Shown here one piece after another: positions 1 through 11,038 of a stretch of DNA of 64,000 bases. This DNA is from a virus. Taxonomy: Duplodnaviria > Caudoviricetes. The DNA lies in IMG/VR virus record IMGVR_UViG_2513237329_000013, positions 32,001 through 96,000 of that record, one strand, 5' to 3'. Positions within the stretch are counted from its first letter, which is position 1; every line of letters starts with the position of its first letter. The notes beneath the pieces were generated by a model. It had not been told where the DNA came from. It saw only the letters and a program-made list of their open reading frames with translations, and searched no databases. Both the position numbers and the translations under genes were made by a program.

Positions 1-26
1 TTCAAGTCTCTTTTATCCACTTTGTA

Positions 27-491
27 TCACTCCCGATTAAAGTCAACGGTGCGATAGGTAAGAGAACGCCCATGAAAATCGTCAGCAGGTGTAAAACGAT
101 CCCATCCCATAAGCTCAACTCTGCCAAGACCGAATTCTCGACTGCCATTCATAAGCTTGTCTACTTCGCAAGACAGAAGATCCGTAACAAGCCCTTTCGG
201 TGTACGCATTGCTCTTTCATGAGAAATAATCCAGAAGTAAATACGGAAATCAGAAAAAGCACGGTCGATAATACGCGGAGCAGCAACATCAAAACACAGA
301 TATGTACCTACCTCTGTGGTCTTATCCACAATGTAGTCATATGGAAAAATGTATTTATAAGCCATGTCGGAAGCCTTCATATTTGGCTGATCCTCAGGCC
401 GAATCAAATCAATGATTGCGTCGCACTTACAAATCCTCTCCATAACGACATCTCTATATCTCGGTATCTCAGATAAATACATCAATACCAC
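27..491 (-). CDS. Putative tail-completion/neck protein
   Basis: ORF in the virion morphogenesis operon downstream of the head genes; assigned by position only. Confidence 0.55.
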   Translation of the reverse strand: MVLMYLSEIPRYRDVVMERICKCDAIIDLIRPEDQPNMKASDMAYKYIFPYDYIVDKTTEVGTYLCFDVAAPRIIDRAFSDFRIYFWIISHERAMRTPKGLVTDLLSCEVDKLMNGSREFGLGRVELMGWDRFTPADDFHGRSLTYRTVDFNRE

Positions 492-1525
492 CGTCCTATC
501 GTTAGAATAATCGACGCACTTACACCATACTCATCATTGCTCGCTTCAAGAGTAATTTCCTGACCAATATAATCTCGATTATTTAGCGCACGAACAATAA
601 TGTATCCGTCTCCAACTTCTTTAATCTCACCGTATTCATTACCGTCTGTCAGACTGGCATTGACCTCGAAAGAATCAATGGGAACACCATCCTTGAAACA
701 GTGCAGATCGACACGAATATCCTCACCAAATGTAACCTTGTTACCGGACGAATCCGTAGTTAATGTGATAGAATATCCTTCTTTGGGATCTTCTGGCTTA
801 GAATAAATCGACTTGCCATAATAATCGGCAATCATCAGTTCTTTGTTGTCAGTCTCTTTGTCGTACTGACTTTCAATAATCGTCCACTGCAGCAGTCCAT
901 CATCAGCACCGCACGAATAACCTCCGGAGTCCACCTGTGCAAGACGATATGCGGTAGGCTCTTCTCGGTTTTTATCAATCAAGAACCGAAAACCACTATC
1001 GAGCATAATTGTCTCAGAATTATATGGGATATAAACAAGATGCTGCGAAGTACCAATAGTCATATGTGTTTTGGCAGTTTCACCAGAACCATACTGCGTA
1101 CTATTGATATCGTAGACAGGATACTCAACCGCTTTGCCTGTAAGTGGCGAAATAAAGTAGATAGAGTATTTGCACTGCCACGCAATCGCCTTTTCATACA
1201 TTTTGTTGTTATCGGGGAGGGAATAAACCATCCAATACTGACCACGAGCCTTAATATACTGACCTGCTCGAAGCGTCCCAATACGACAAATAAATTGACG
1301 CATAACACTATTGTTATAGGTATCGCTTGTCACACCCTGAATGATTGCTCGTGTCTTCACCGGCTCAACGCTGAGACTCTTTTCAAAAATCTCAATATCA
1401 TCAGCAAGCTCAGACTCTAAAATTTCCTCAAACCCATCTGCGGCATAATTCGCAAACTCATCGCCCTCAAAACCACTGTTATAAGTAGGCTGCTTCATCA
1501 AATACCACTCAATAGGCATATACAA
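482..1525 (-). CDS. Putative head-tail joining/virion structural protein
   Basis: 347 aa, RBS AAGGAGG, SPbeta-like synteny after the capsid genes. Confidence 0.6.
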   Translation of the reverse strand: MYMPIEWYLMKQPTYNSGFEGDEFANYAADGFEEILESELADDIEIFEKSLSVEPVKTRAIIQGVTSDTYNNSVMRQFICRIGTLRAGQYIKARGQYWMVYSLPDNNKMYEKAIAWQCKYSIYFISPLTGKAVEYPVYDINSTQYGSGETAKTHMTIGTSQHLVYIPYNSETIMLDSGFRFLIDKNREEPTAYRLAQVDSGGYSCGADDGLLQWTIIESQYDKETDNKELMIADYYGKSIYSKPEDPKEGYSITLTTDSSGNKVTFGEDIRVDLHCFKDGVPIDSFEVNASLTDGNEYGEIKEVGDGYIIVRALNNRDYIGQEITLEASNDEYGVSASIILTIGRWY

Positions 1526-1533
1526 GCACCTCC

Positions 1534-1935
1534 TTAATCAAAACAGTGTTGTTTTAGCTTATGTAGTCGTTCTTTTACGCGCCCAATCTCAAATTCAAGT
1601 TCTTGCTTCGTTACTCTTTTCGTTCCGTCAGCACCAGTGATCTGGACATCCTTTGTATAAATTCCATTCAGCGCCATTACACGACTAAGCTCTCTTTGTA
1701 AATAGCTGACATACATCATGAGAGCAAGAACACGCACTGTTTGCCGATCCAATACAGAAGAGAAGCAATGATTCTCTTCGTCGTATTCAAGATCACAACT
1801 CAAATCGAGTTCATAATCTGCGACCGCAGATTTTAACCATTCCTGCTCTAACGCTGTCGGAATAATATACTTAGTTAAAGGCATGGAATGAAAGCTGGTC
1901 TCAATCTCTTCAAAAGTAGTTTTCTCCATACCCAA
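1534..1935 (-). CDS. Putative head-tail connector/adaptor
   Basis: 133 aa helical protein, RBS AAGGAGG, synteny. Confidence 0.55.
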   Translation of the reverse strand: MGMEKTTFEEIETSFHSMPLTKYIIPTALEQEWLKSAVADYELDLSCDLEYDEENHCFSSVLDRQTVRVLALMMYVSYLQRELSRVMALNGIYTKDVQITGADGTKRVTKQELEFEIGRVKERLHKLKQHCFD

Positions 1936-1945
1936 ACCTCCTTAA

Positions 1946-2419
1946 TTAAAGAGTGACTGACTCAGCAAGCTTGTTGATTGCATCCATCTTCCAGGCAGCG
2001 ACATCATCTCCGCCATTTTCCTTTGCAATCTGCGCAATCATTTTCTTTTCAGCATCATTAGTGACAAGAGCCTCAAGACGAGCGTTAAACTCATCTTTCT
2101 TTCTGATTGCAAGCAGCTCTCGCACAGAATCAGCATTCAAAACAAGAACATCGTCTGTGGTATCGGCATAGCCAAACAACGCCTTGCGCTGCGCATCATC
2201 TTGAATAAACAGACGAGCATGATCGCCAGGACGAGATGGATCGTTGCCAACAAACATTCTGTTCCCAGACTGAATCTGCATCTGTACCTCTGCAACATCC
2301 AGCATGGCAAATCCAGTTACCTTTGCTGGAATCCGAATATCTCCCACTCCATTTAGGCGGCGGAAGTATAGAGGCCAGCTACACAAATTATCAATTAAAA
2401 CCTTATCGGTTAGTTCCAT
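1946..2419 (-). CDS. Conserved phage protein (YonA-like position)
   Basis: 157 aa, RBS AAGGAG, immediately downstream of the major capsid gene. Confidence 0.6.
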   Translation of the reverse strand: MELTDKVLIDNLCSWPLYFRRLNGVGDIRIPAKVTGFAMLDVAEVQMQIQSGNRMFVGNDPSRPGDHARLFIQDDAQRKALFGYADTTDDVLVLNADSVRELLAIRKKDEFNARLEALVTNDAEKKMIAQIAKENGGDDVAAWKMDAINKLAESVTL

Positions 2420-2494
2420 TTACTTTCGCTCCTTGTTATGAAATAGGAGGGAGGAATATCCCCCCCTCCTTTATATTATCTAACTAATTCCTAA

Positions 2495-3607
2495 TTAAAG
2501 AGAAGGAACCTCAAAGTTAGTGTCGGACAGAAGACCAATCTGATCCTCCATGCCCTCAGCAACACCAGCGCCGATCTCCATATCAAAACGAGTCAAGTGC
2601 TGACGGGTTACAATATCATCACCAGTCATAGTGGTCATGCCGCCACGACGGAAAATCTGCAACGGAGCAACCTTGCCCTGAGGAATGAAGAACAGCAAGC
2701 CCTGTGGCATATACAGCTCGTAAGAAGTCTTGTCGGCATTCATACGAGTGAAGTCCAGAGCGTTGGGCAGCTCAACAATGTGAGAACCATTGTAGAAGCT
2801 CAGCAGGCCGGTCTTGCGGATTTCCTCGGCAACAGCGTCAGCACCAAACGGAATGGTGTTCGCACCGAAAGTCTTATAACCAGCAAAATCGTTGAACTGA
2901 GATACAACAGAATAATCGCCGCAAATGTTCACACGACCATAGCGACGCATCTTCTTCAGCATTTCATCAACAGCAGTCTGCGTAACACCGCTGTTCTCAG
3001 CAAAGTGCTTCACGCCCTTGGCGTTCTTCAGTGCATCGTACAGCTTTGCAATGACATAGTAAACTGCCTTGTTCTGCATGTCGATCTGCACCTGAGAAAT
3101 GCCCTCGGCAATAGTGCCATCAAAGTTGCCGCTCTGTAGCTCACGATAATCTACAGCATAACCAGAAGAAATGGTCTGAGTGCCGATAGGATACTCGCGG
3201 AAGCTGTGAGTAGCAAAAGGCACATCACCGCTTGAAGCCTGGAAACGAGAATCAATGCTCTCGTACTTATAGGTCTTCATCATAGGAACAGTGTCATAAG
3301 GAACGCTCTTGTATGTACCCATGAAATTGAAGATCTTAATAGCCTCGATCAACTTAGGCTCAATAGCAAAACGCTGAATGGCATTCAGCTCAGAAACAGC
3401 CTGATGATCGCCGTCGATAGCACGACCAGCAAGATCCTTGATATGCTCAACTGACTTATCAACGACCTTGCCATCAAAAGAAGACAGGCTCTTGCCCTGC
3501 ACCAACGCAGAGAAAACCTCAACCACCGGAGATGTAGACTTTACCTTAGAAGCGCCAACTTCATCTTTAACATTGTTGACGGTGTTCAGTTCAAAAATGT
3601 TATCCAT
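2495..3607 (-). CDS. Major capsid protein
   Basis: 370 aa, RBS AGGAGG, order portal-protease-decoration-capsid, followed by a hairpin at 2446-2470. Confidence 0.8.
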   Translation of the reverse strand: MDNIFELNTVNNVKDEVGASKVKSTSPVVEVFSALVQGKSLSSFDGKVVDKSVEHIKDLAGRAIDGDHQAVSELNAIQRFAIEPKLIEAIKIFNFMGTYKSVPYDTVPMMKTYKYESIDSRFQASSGDVPFATHSFREYPIGTQTISSGYAVDYRELQSGNFDGTIAEGISQVQIDMQNKAVYYVIAKLYDALKNAKGVKHFAENSGVTQTAVDEMLKKMRRYGRVNICGDYSVVSQFNDFAGYKTFGANTIPFGADAVAEEIRKTGLLSFYNGSHIVELPNALDFTRMNADKTSYELYMPQGLLFFIPQGKVAPLQIFRRGGMTTMTGDDIVTRQHLTRFDMEIGAGVAEGMEDQIGLLSDTNFEVPSL

Positions 3608-3631
3608 TTGTTTTTCCTCCTATACCTATTC

Positions 3632-4093
3632 TTACTGCGCAACAATCTCAGCAAGAATACCATCGTCCATATATGGAGTCTTGCAAATTACCTTGAAGCA
3701 AACAGCATAACCATCTGCACTTGCAGCCTTAACAATCTTACCATCAGTGCCAAACACCAACAGATCCTCAGCCGCCAAGCCAGTAGTGCCACCATTGATT
3801 TCAAAAGCAGCAAACTCAATTTCGAGACCATTTACGGTTCTCAGATCATCGGCACGAACATACTCGCCCTCGTTTACAACATAAGTCTCAGGGCTGTTGT
3901 GCAGCTCAGGCTTATCATTGATATTGGTAACGATGTATACGACCTTCTTTGCATCGTCCTCGGATGCAGGAAGAGTTGCTGTCTTTGCAACACGATCCAA
4001 AATAACGCCCATGCCGACCTTCATATCAGAAGCAGCCTTGCAATAAGGCACATTCTGTACATTCTTAAATGCACCAATAGTCTTGTACTTCAT
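3632..4093 (-). CDS. Head decoration/cement protein
   Basis: 153 aa beta-rich protein between the protease and capsid genes. Confidence 0.65.
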   Translation of the reverse strand: MKYKTIGAFKNVQNVPYCKAASDMKVGMGVILDRVAKTATLPASEDDAKKVVYIVTNINDKPELHNSPETYVVNEGEYVRADDLRTVNGLEIEFAAFEINGGTTGLAAEDLLVFGTDGKIVKAASADGYAVCFKVICKTPYMDDGILAEIVAQ

Positions 4094-4110
4094 TTCTATT
4101 ATCCTCCTTA

Positions 4111-5265
4111 TTAACCAAAGATATCTACGTCGCCTTTATCCTCAGGAGAAGAAACCCCTCCAAAGATATCCGGTGCGCCATTGTTCAATTCAGCGTTGTG
4201 AATTTCCTTGTTTTTGCGAACCATCTCAACGCAAATCTTGCTGGTAATACTGTTGATCTCAACAGTTGTAGGATCAGCCTTAAACGCATCAATTTCAGCC
4301 TGCGCAAGAGCCTGTTCCTCAGCGCTAAACTCTGACAGAGCAGAATTTAGCTCAGCGATTTTCTTCTCTTTCTCCAAAGTAGCATTTGTCTCTTTCAAAG
4401 AATTCAGTTCAGAAGTCTGTGCTTCCATAGCCTCATCCTTTGCGGCCAAATCCGCCTGTGCCGTCGCAAGCTTCTCATTCAGCTCAGCGATTTCCGCATC
4501 CTTTGCGGCCAACTGACCGTTCAACTCGGAAATCTGCCCCTCATACTGCTCGCCTTTATTATTAAGCTCAGTAATTGTCTGAGTAACAGAAGTCTTCACA
4601 AGCTCGACGAATTGTCCCATTACCTTTTCGTCCATAGGTGTTTCCTCCTTGCTGTTTTCCAATTTATTATTTAACTCAACAACGATTGCGGTATCATCTG
4701 CCGGTCTGATACCAAGAATGGCATATCCACTATAATCATAAATCTGAGGAATTCTGCCATGCTCTTTCCAACCGCCATCGTAAATAATACGATTATCATT
4801 TTCTGGGCGACCAACGATTTCAACCGATCCCTTTACGCTGCCATTCTTTAGCTTTTCAGCCAACCACGCAACGAACTTTGGATACCGCATTTCGTCAATA
4901 TATCCCTCACCGACAAGCACCTTTTTTGTTTCGCCGTCGATTTCAATATCTGTGATATAGCCTTTCTCGCAATGGCCTACCACAGTTGCATCCTCCATAT
5001 ATGGCATATTGTCCTTAATATCGGTCAAGCCATGCCCATACGGAAGACGTCGCTCTTCGCTTAGGAATTCAACACAGATGGACATATTCGTAACAGACTC
5101 GATGTTCTGTGCTGTGTATTCCTCATCCCAAGAAATTCCGTTCTCCTGCCATACATCATGAGATGGGAAAATCTCGTGTAATACAATTTTGATCTTTCTA
5201 CGACCAGTAATTTGCCGTTCATTAGAAAGCTCAAAAATACGACCCATAAAACGGTCTCCGTTCAT
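4111..5265 (-). CDS. Prohead protease-scaffold (YonD-like)
   Basis: ATG at 5265 with GGAGGTG RBS; HG...GSVEI protease-like motifs and C-terminal coiled coil. Confidence 0.75.
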   Translation of the reverse strand: MNGDRFMGRIFELSNERQITGRRKIKIVLHEIFPSHDVWQENGISWDEEYTAQNIESVTNMSICVEFLSEERRLPYGHGLTDIKDNMPYMEDATVVGHCEKGYITDIEIDGETKKVLVGEGYIDEMRYPKFVAWLAEKLKNGSVKGSVEIVGRPENDNRIIYDGGWKEHGRIPQIYDYSGYAILGIRPADDTAIVVELNNKLENSKEETPMDEKVMGQFVELVKTSVTQTITELNNKGEQYEGQISELNGQLAAKDAEIAELNEKLATAQADLAAKDEAMEAQTSELNSLKETNATLEKEKKIAELNSALSEFSAEEQALAQAEIDAFKADPTTVEINSITSKICVEMVRKNKEIHNAELNNGAPDIFGGVSSPEDKGDVDIFG

Positions 5266-5281
5266 TTTCCTCACCTCCGAA

Positions 5282-6901
5282 TTACGCCGATAGTTTTGGC
5301 GTATTATTTCCGCCGTTTGTCTTTTGCTGAACAGAAGATGGATTGTCACTATCCGTAGATGGTCTTCCGCCGTCATCACTCGACATCGTATAGGAAGTCT
5401 TATGCACCGGATATCTATTCTCAAAGTCTTCTTCCAGCTCGTGATCCATAAGAGCAATGTAATTATCGGGATTAAAGCCTGTCGCCGCAATCCAGGCATA
5501 TAGACTACCCTTACCGCGAGCATATAGCGACTCCATATATCCAACCATGTTGTTCTTATTCACCATAGTAATTGGAAGAATGTATAGCTCAACACGGCAA
5601 CTCGCATCACTGATGATGTTCTGATTGATACACTTATTCAGCTCATCAACAATGTCCTCAATCCATGAATACACATTGGCTGAAACAAGCTCCAAATTCA
5701 AATTTGCCGTAGAATAGTTACCTGTACTGCTTCCATCCAACGCACTTGCACTAATGCCAAGATCCTTGTTTACAGAATCAATAATGGAATTCTCGTTCTT
5801 CTCGTCCAGCAGAGAAACATCGAGAGAGATACTGTCCAACTTTGTGCCGGCCGCAAGAGAGAAGAAAGATGTGCCGCTCGAATTTCTGCTCTTGCTGGCA
5901 AGCGCATTCTTCACAAGATCGTGCTGCTGTTTCTGTTGCTTCTCACTTAGAGCAGATGTTCCTTTTTCCTTTCCCTCCGGAAAAGTCTCGTACACAATCT
6001 GATTGTTGACTGAATCCAGAACATTTCTTTTGGTGTCTACAAAATACTGCGCATAACTCACATCATCCAGAGCAGCAATCGCAAATGGGATGCCGAACGG
6101 ATCTGTAATTTCGCTCTTGATTTTGGTTACAATCGTTTTGTTGTTATTGAGACGCAACCACGGAGCATCAATCGTCTGGTTCTCATATGCGAGATATCCC
6201 TCTTGAATTTCTTTCGGGAATCCAGCAAGCTTTCTTTTCCTGACATCTTCACTTAGATTAGAAAAATACCGCAGATCAAAAGCTACCTGATAGCTATTGT
6301 TTCTGCGGCCAATAATTCTCACATAATCAATTGGAAGCGGAATAACCATTGCATTCATACCAATCGCGTTGATCTCTGTGATATTTTGAATTTCATAATC
6401 CGTTAAAGCAGTACGATAATCTGGCGTAGCATAATTTGTCTCAAAATAAGCTACATACATACCATCGTTTGCATTCTTAAAAATGGCATCACGGATTACT
6501 TGCTTGTATCGAATGGTGTGAAGAGTTGCCTCCATCTTTTGTTTGTTCATACGATAATTACGCGGTCTTTTACCGTCAGCTCGTTTTGATCTACTGACAA
6601 TAACGCCATCAAGCGTGTGCATCGTCCGCATATAGTCAATTCCGCTTGCAACAACGCCATTAGAATAATAAGCCCAATGCGCTAAATTTCTGATGGATTC
6701 AATATTCGCCATTGGATTTCTAATAAATGTTCTGATTTCCTGAATCGTATATGGCATACGACCAGAACTTTGTAGCATCCGAATATACGCAGTTTCTAAA
6801 TTCGTGTTGAACTCATATGTAGGATCTTGCGGCGCTGAATTTTCCTCGTATACTTCGTTGGTTTTCCAGAAAAACGGAAAGCGTCTTTTATTATTTGGCA
6901 A
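5282..6901 (-). CDS. Portal protein (YonE-like)
   Basis: ~540 aa directly after the terminase; TTG start with GGAGGTG RBS; C-terminal GGRP tail. Confidence 0.8.
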   Translation of the reverse strand: MPNNKRRFPFFWKTNEVYEENSAPQDPTYEFNTNLETAYIRMLQSSGRMPYTIQEIRTFIRNPMANIESIRNLAHWAYYSNGVVASGIDYMRTMHTLDGVIVSRSKRADGKRPRNYRMNKQKMEATLHTIRYKQVIRDAIFKNANDGMYVAYFETNYATPDYRTALTDYEIQNITEINAIGMNAMVIPLPIDYVRIIGRRNNSYQVAFDLRYFSNLSEDVRKRKLAGFPKEIQEGYLAYENQTIDAPWLRLNNNKTIVTKIKSEITDPFGIPFAIAALDDVSYAQYFVDTKRNVLDSVNNQIVYETFPEGKEKGTSALSEKQQKQQHDLVKNALASKSRNSSGTSFFSLAAGTKLDSISLDVSLLDEKNENSIIDSVNKDLGISASALDGSSTGNYSTANLNLELVSANVYSWIEDIVDELNKCINQNIISDASCRVELYILPITMVNKNNMVGYMESLYARGKGSLYAWIAATGFNPDNYIALMDHELEEDFENRYPVHKTSYTMSSDDGGRPSTDSDNPSSVQQKTNGGNNTPKLSA

Positions 6902-6915
6902 TCTTCTCACCTCCT

Positions 6916-8712
6916 TCAATTAAATAGTGGTACATACTCATACTCCGAACTATCCGACAACATATCGTGTTCAAGCATCTGAGCAAAATAATTACCGTAA
7001 GAGACCGAAGTATAGCGGTCTTTACGGTTGTTGTTGTTTACAATCTTAATAAGCCCTGTCTGTTCTCCACGCTCATATTCCAGATCAATCATCTCATTGA
7101 TAAGGGCAACCGTTTCAAGATATGGTCGCTCAAAGAAGAGCTGCGTGTCCACATCGGCAGTAGCATACTCAGGAATAAAGTTTGCAATTTCATCAACCGC
7201 CTCAGTATTACTAATTAACAGATCAATCATTCCGGAATTCAAAGCGTTTCTCATTGACTCAGCAATGTTGCTATTCGTTTCAAGCTGTGCTTTGATAATG
7301 TAAACATTTTCTTCTGCTCCAGCGATCTGAATACGATTAGCAACTTTCTCATCATTCATACATTTCCAAGGCTTATACTCCATATTGCGCTCTTCGTCAT
7401 ATAGAACCTTAGCAAGCATATCGTATACGGAAATACCTGCATTACGACCGTCCAAAACACAGTAATCCGCATTGAAATCAGTGTATAACTGCTTAATACG
7501 AATGGCCTGCTTGGTTGTTTCGCCGCCATGAACAGCCTCCATATAACTGACTTGCCGTCTATATCCACGCTTTACTTCGATATGTTCACCCTGAGTATCC
7601 ATAACTTTATACTCTTGGCTCTCCGGAAGTAAACGAATGCAAGAATAAATAGAGTTATCGGTGGCGTTACCGCCCTCCATAGCGATATCGCAAGACAAAA
7701 TACGAATTTCACCAACTTGCTTTGGAATATCATACTTGTTCTTCTGCTTCAAAAGCGCTTCGTCATTTCTTCTTGGATAGAAAGCTCTCTTCAATCTACG
7801 GTTACGATTAAGCTGTTCATAATTGAAGAAAGATTTTGCATTTTCCGCAATCATCTGGTTTTCATACTCAATCGCCCAGGAAATCGGATCGAGCTTCTTC
7901 CGTTCTTTGATCAAGAAGTTTCTCGTTTTGATATTGTGCTTCAGCGCAATGCTATAATCCATTGCAATTACGCACGAAGAACCATCTGTAAACATATCCT
8001 TAGTAAGAGTCTGGATGAGCTTCCACATCCAGTGGCTTTGATACCACGCAGAAGAAATATAAACTTCTTTTGGTTCTTCGACCATAGAAGAATACTCTGG
8101 AAGCTTCAGATAATCAGCCTGACGGATATATAGGAACGGCGAAAGAACACTATCAATGATATTCTTGACAATCATACGGAATTCTTCGTAGATCATTACG
8201 GTCGCACGATAACCACGAGCATTTTCATTTGCAGCAACAACAACAATGGAACTGCCATTCTTGAAAATCACTTCGATTTCATTTTGGTTATCTTTGAAAC
8301 TATCAATCTCAGCAGCCAATAACGGCGATTTTGGTATAAGCTCCTTTTTGATCTTCTCAGACACAATAAGACGAGCTTGCTTCTTGGTTGCAGACGCAAC
8401 AACAATTTTCGCCCCAGGTCGCAGAATAGCCTCTTTACATGCAAAGATAGCAATTAGAAATGATTTTGCCGCAGATCGCGCAGCGACAATACAAAAGCTC
8501 GGAACGAACTCCATCAAATACAAGATAATATGCTGATATAGATGAAGAACAATTCCAAAATAATGCTCTACAAATCTTGATGGGTTGCGACGATAGAATG
8601 TGATCCATTCCATAAGTCGCATAACATTCTCTGGCTTATGCAAATAATGCGTTGACGGAAAATGCTCATGTAGAGCAGCTTGCCGCTCATCCATTCTCTT
8701 GATATTATCCAT
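6916..8712 (-). CDS. Terminase large subunit (YonF-like)
   Basis: AARSAAKS Walker A-like, RGYRA..YEE Walker B-like, nuclease acidic motifs (CDIA, KDRY). Confidence 0.9.
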   Translation of the reverse strand: MDNIKRMDERQAALHEHFPSTHYLHKPENVMRLMEWITFYRRNPSRFVEHYFGIVLHLYQHIILYLMEFVPSFCIVAARSAAKSFLIAIFACKEAILRPGAKIVVASATKKQARLIVSEKIKKELIPKSPLLAAEIDSFKDNQNEIEVIFKNGSSIVVVAANENARGYRATVMIYEEFRMIVKNIIDSVLSPFLYIRQADYLKLPEYSSMVEEPKEVYISSAWYQSHWMWKLIQTLTKDMFTDGSSCVIAMDYSIALKHNIKTRNFLIKERKKLDPISWAIEYENQMIAENAKSFFNYEQLNRNRRLKRAFYPRRNDEALLKQKNKYDIPKQVGEIRILSCDIAMEGGNATDNSIYSCIRLLPESQEYKVMDTQGEHIEVKRGYRRQVSYMEAVHGGETTKQAIRIKQLYTDFNADYCVLDGRNAGISVYDMLAKVLYDEERNMEYKPWKCMNDEKVANRIQIAGAEENVYIIKAQLETNSNIAESMRNALNSGMIDLLISNTEAVDEIANFIPEYATADVDTQLFFERPYLETVALINEMIDLEYERGEQTGLIKIVNNNNRKDRYTSVSYGNYFAQMLEHDMLSDSSEYEYVPLFN

Positions 8713-8714
8713 AC

Positions 8715-9677
8715 TCAATCCTCCTTGGAGAGATTGAATTCTTTATCAAGCTCCTTTGAACCAGTAAGTAAGTTCTTTAATGGGCGGAAAATAAAACGAC
8801 TTGCATATCCACCAATACCGTCCGCATCTCTGTAAAGATCCTTGTCTTTGTAGTATTCAGCCGGCGTATATTTCTCAATATCGCTGATCCAAACACCGAG
8901 AGGATCTAACTTCACAGAGTCTTCTTTCTTCTGCTTGCGATCCTCCAACTCGGTAGTTGCAGCATTGATATACTCTTTATAAGTTTTAGCCAACGCACCA
9001 ATACCAGCATCGCCATTCTGAACGGACTTCTGAAGCTGCAATTTCAAATAACAGATACTCTTGTATAGCTCGTCTTGACGCTTATCCTCAGGTTCGCCAT
9101 ACTTGCTCACCCAATCATCGTATTCAAACTTCAAAACCTCATAGTCTTGCTCGCTAAAACCAAGACCAAATAGGCGAATGGTTTCAATAGGCACTTCAAT
9201 TTTAGGATTATCTTTTACTTGCTGCACAGAAGTTGCATTTTCAACCTTATTGGATCTTCGCAGCAAAATAGTATCTGCATATGACGCACCTTTCGTCTGC
9301 GCAAGATTCAGTTTTGAAAAATAAGCGCTGACACGGCTTTTGTTTGGCGGACTCTTTTTTGCATTTGTCCAAGCCGTTTCATCGAAACATGTGTTGATGG
9401 TAGCGCACAAAAAGTCCATCGCCTTATCCTGATCACCGTTAAAGACATCATCTGTGTAGTAATCAAATGACTTTTCTAAGCAGCGCTTACAGATAGGCAA
9501 ATAACCATTATTTCTTGCATAGTACGGAGATGGAGACACATTGAAATTATCTTTTTGCCTCATAAATCCCTTGCCACAAGAAGTACAATGAAACGGATAA
9601 CCGTCATCGTTCAAATATGCTTTCTCAGCAGATGCAGACTTTTTAGTACGGGTATTTCTTTTTACTTCTCCTACCAT
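8715..9677 (-). CDS. Putative terminase small subunit (YonG-like, Zn finger)
   Basis: CxxC...CxxC N-terminus, adjacent to the large terminase gene. Confidence 0.6.
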   Translation of the reverse strand: MVGEVKRNTRTKKSASAEKAYLNDDGYPFHCTSCGKGFMRQKDNFNVSPSPYYARNNGYLPICKRCLEKSFDYYTDDVFNGDQDKAMDFLCATINTCFDETAWTNAKKSPPNKSRVSAYFSKLNLAQTKGASYADTILLRRSNKVENATSVQQVKDNPKIEVPIETIRLFGLGFSEQDYEVLKFEYDDWVSKYGEPEDKRQDELYKSICYLKLQLQKSVQNGDAGIGALAKTYKEYINAATTELEDRKQKKEDSVKLDPLGVWISDIEKYTPAEYYKDKDLYRDADGIGGYASRFIFRPLKNLLTGSKELDKEFNLSKED

Positions 9678-9734
9678 GTCTCAACCTCCTTTCCATAAAA
9701 CAAAAAACTCAGAGCAAAGCACTCTGAGTTCATT

Positions 9735-9810
9735 TGGTGCGCCAGAAGGGATTTGAACCCTTGACTTGTCGCTTAAAAGGCGACTACTCTACCCACTGAG
9801 TTACTGACGC
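9735..9810 (-). tRNA. tRNA-Lys(UUU)
   Basis: Cloverleaf, anticodon loop CTTTTAA, 3' CCA. Confidence 0.95.
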
Positions 9811-9970
9811 TTATTCAGTTCCGGTTTGCACGGTTTCCCCACTTATTTTAACTCAGTTGGTAACTCCCATTAGAGTAGCAGTGCTTTCGGTCTGCCAGTC
9901 CGTCCGCTTTTCACGGAGGGCATACGTTCCCAATAGAAGCTCATAAAGAGCAAATTGCCATTTCTGGCTT

Positions 9971-10046
9971 TGGTGGGACAAGAAGGGATCGAACCTTCGA
10001 CGCGCAGGGCTTCAACCTGCCGCTCTTCCATCTGAGCTATCGTCCC
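9971..10046 (-). tRNA. tRNA-Phe(GAA)
   Basis: Cloverleaf, loop TTGAAGC (G37), CCA. Confidence 0.93.
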
Positions 10047-10127
10047 ATATAGAACCATTATGTATAACAAACCTTTCTATCGGAAATGCTCTTTCGTGTA
10101 AACTGATAGAAAAGGAGGCTATGCGTC

Positions 10128-10415
10128 ATGGTTGAATTTTCTCAAAGATTAAAACAACTGCGCAAAGAAAAACATTTAACTCAGGCGCAGGTTGCAGAAA
10201 GAATAGGAGTAACAGCCTCAATGGTGTCCTCATACGAAACGGACATCCGACTCCCATCCTACGAAGTTCTTGTGAAAATCGCTACGCTATTCGGCGTGAC
10301 AGTAGACTATATGCTCTGCCGTGAAGATAAAAGATTTATCGACATATCCAGTCTGTCCGATGATGAAGCTGCGGTTGTGTGTGATATGATAAACATACTC
10401 CTAAAAAAGAAGTGA
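10128..10415 (+). CDS. XRE-family HTH regulator
   Basis: Classic HTH_3 pattern, RBS AAGGAGG, antisense to the tRNA array, terminator at 10421-10444. Confidence 0.9.
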   Translation: MVEFSQRLKQLRKEKHLTQAQVAERIGVTASMVSSYETDIRLPSYEVLVKIATLFGVTVDYMLCREDKRFIDISSLSDDEAAVVCDMINILLKKK

Positions 10416-10451
10416 CTACCAGCCGTCCATTCGGGCGGCTTTTGTCATGTG

Positions 10452-10544
10452 TGGCGACGGAGGTAGGATTTGAACCCACGGACGGCTCATCACCGCCTCT
10501 TGTTTTCAAGACAAGCGCCATAAACCAGACTCGACCACTCCGCC
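10452..10544 (-). tRNA. tRNA-Ser(UGA)
   Basis: Loop CTTGAAA, long variable arm, CCA. Confidence 0.95.
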
Positions 10545-10664
10545 ATATAACTGGCTTTCATATGTATTTCAACGGGAATAGCCATACCCATCCATCCTAA
10601 GCCGCCCATATGCAGGCCAGAATCATATGATCTCGCACCTCATAAAGCGTGGTGCGACACGCTT

Positions 10665-10751
10665 TGGTGAGGGAGGTTGGATTTGAACCAACTCAGCCCG
10701 AAGGCAACGGATTTACAGTCCGCCCCAGCTCTCCAACTCTGGCGCTCCCCC
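10665..10751 (-). tRNA. tRNA-Tyr(GUA)
   Basis: Loop CTGTAAA, variable arm, CCA. Confidence 0.95.
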
Positions 10752-10786
10752 ATATAAGGCCGCATTAGCGACCATAAAAAACCACT

Positions 10787-10861
10787 TGGTACTGGCGGTG
10801 GGGATTGAACCCACGACCTTATGATTAAGAGTCATCTGCTCTTCCTCTGAGCTACGCCAGT
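10787..10861 (-). tRNA. tRNA-Lys(CUU)
   Basis: Loop CTCTTAA, CCA. Confidence 0.95.
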
Positions 10862-10868
10862 ATAAAAC

Positions 10869-10956
10869 AAGACACTTGTAAGGAAAAAGAAAGGGGTAGT
10901 GATACAATGGAGGTTGTAATAGGATGTTTCATTAAACAAATCGCTGCAAGTGTCTT
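10869..10956 (-). ncRNA. RCAGC-motif small RNA, copy A
   Basis: AAGACAC-TT-GCAGCGAT...GTGTCTT closing helix. Confidence 0.65.
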
Positions 10957-10958
10957 TT

Positions 10959-11033
10959 TGGCATGAGGTAAAGGAGTCGAACCCTTATTTACGGTTTTGG
11001 AGACCGCAGTGCTACCATTTACACCAACCTCAT
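10959..11033 (-). tRNA. tRNA-Trp(CCA)
   Basis: Loop CTCCAAA, CCA. Confidence 0.95.
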
Positions 11034-11038
11034 ATATG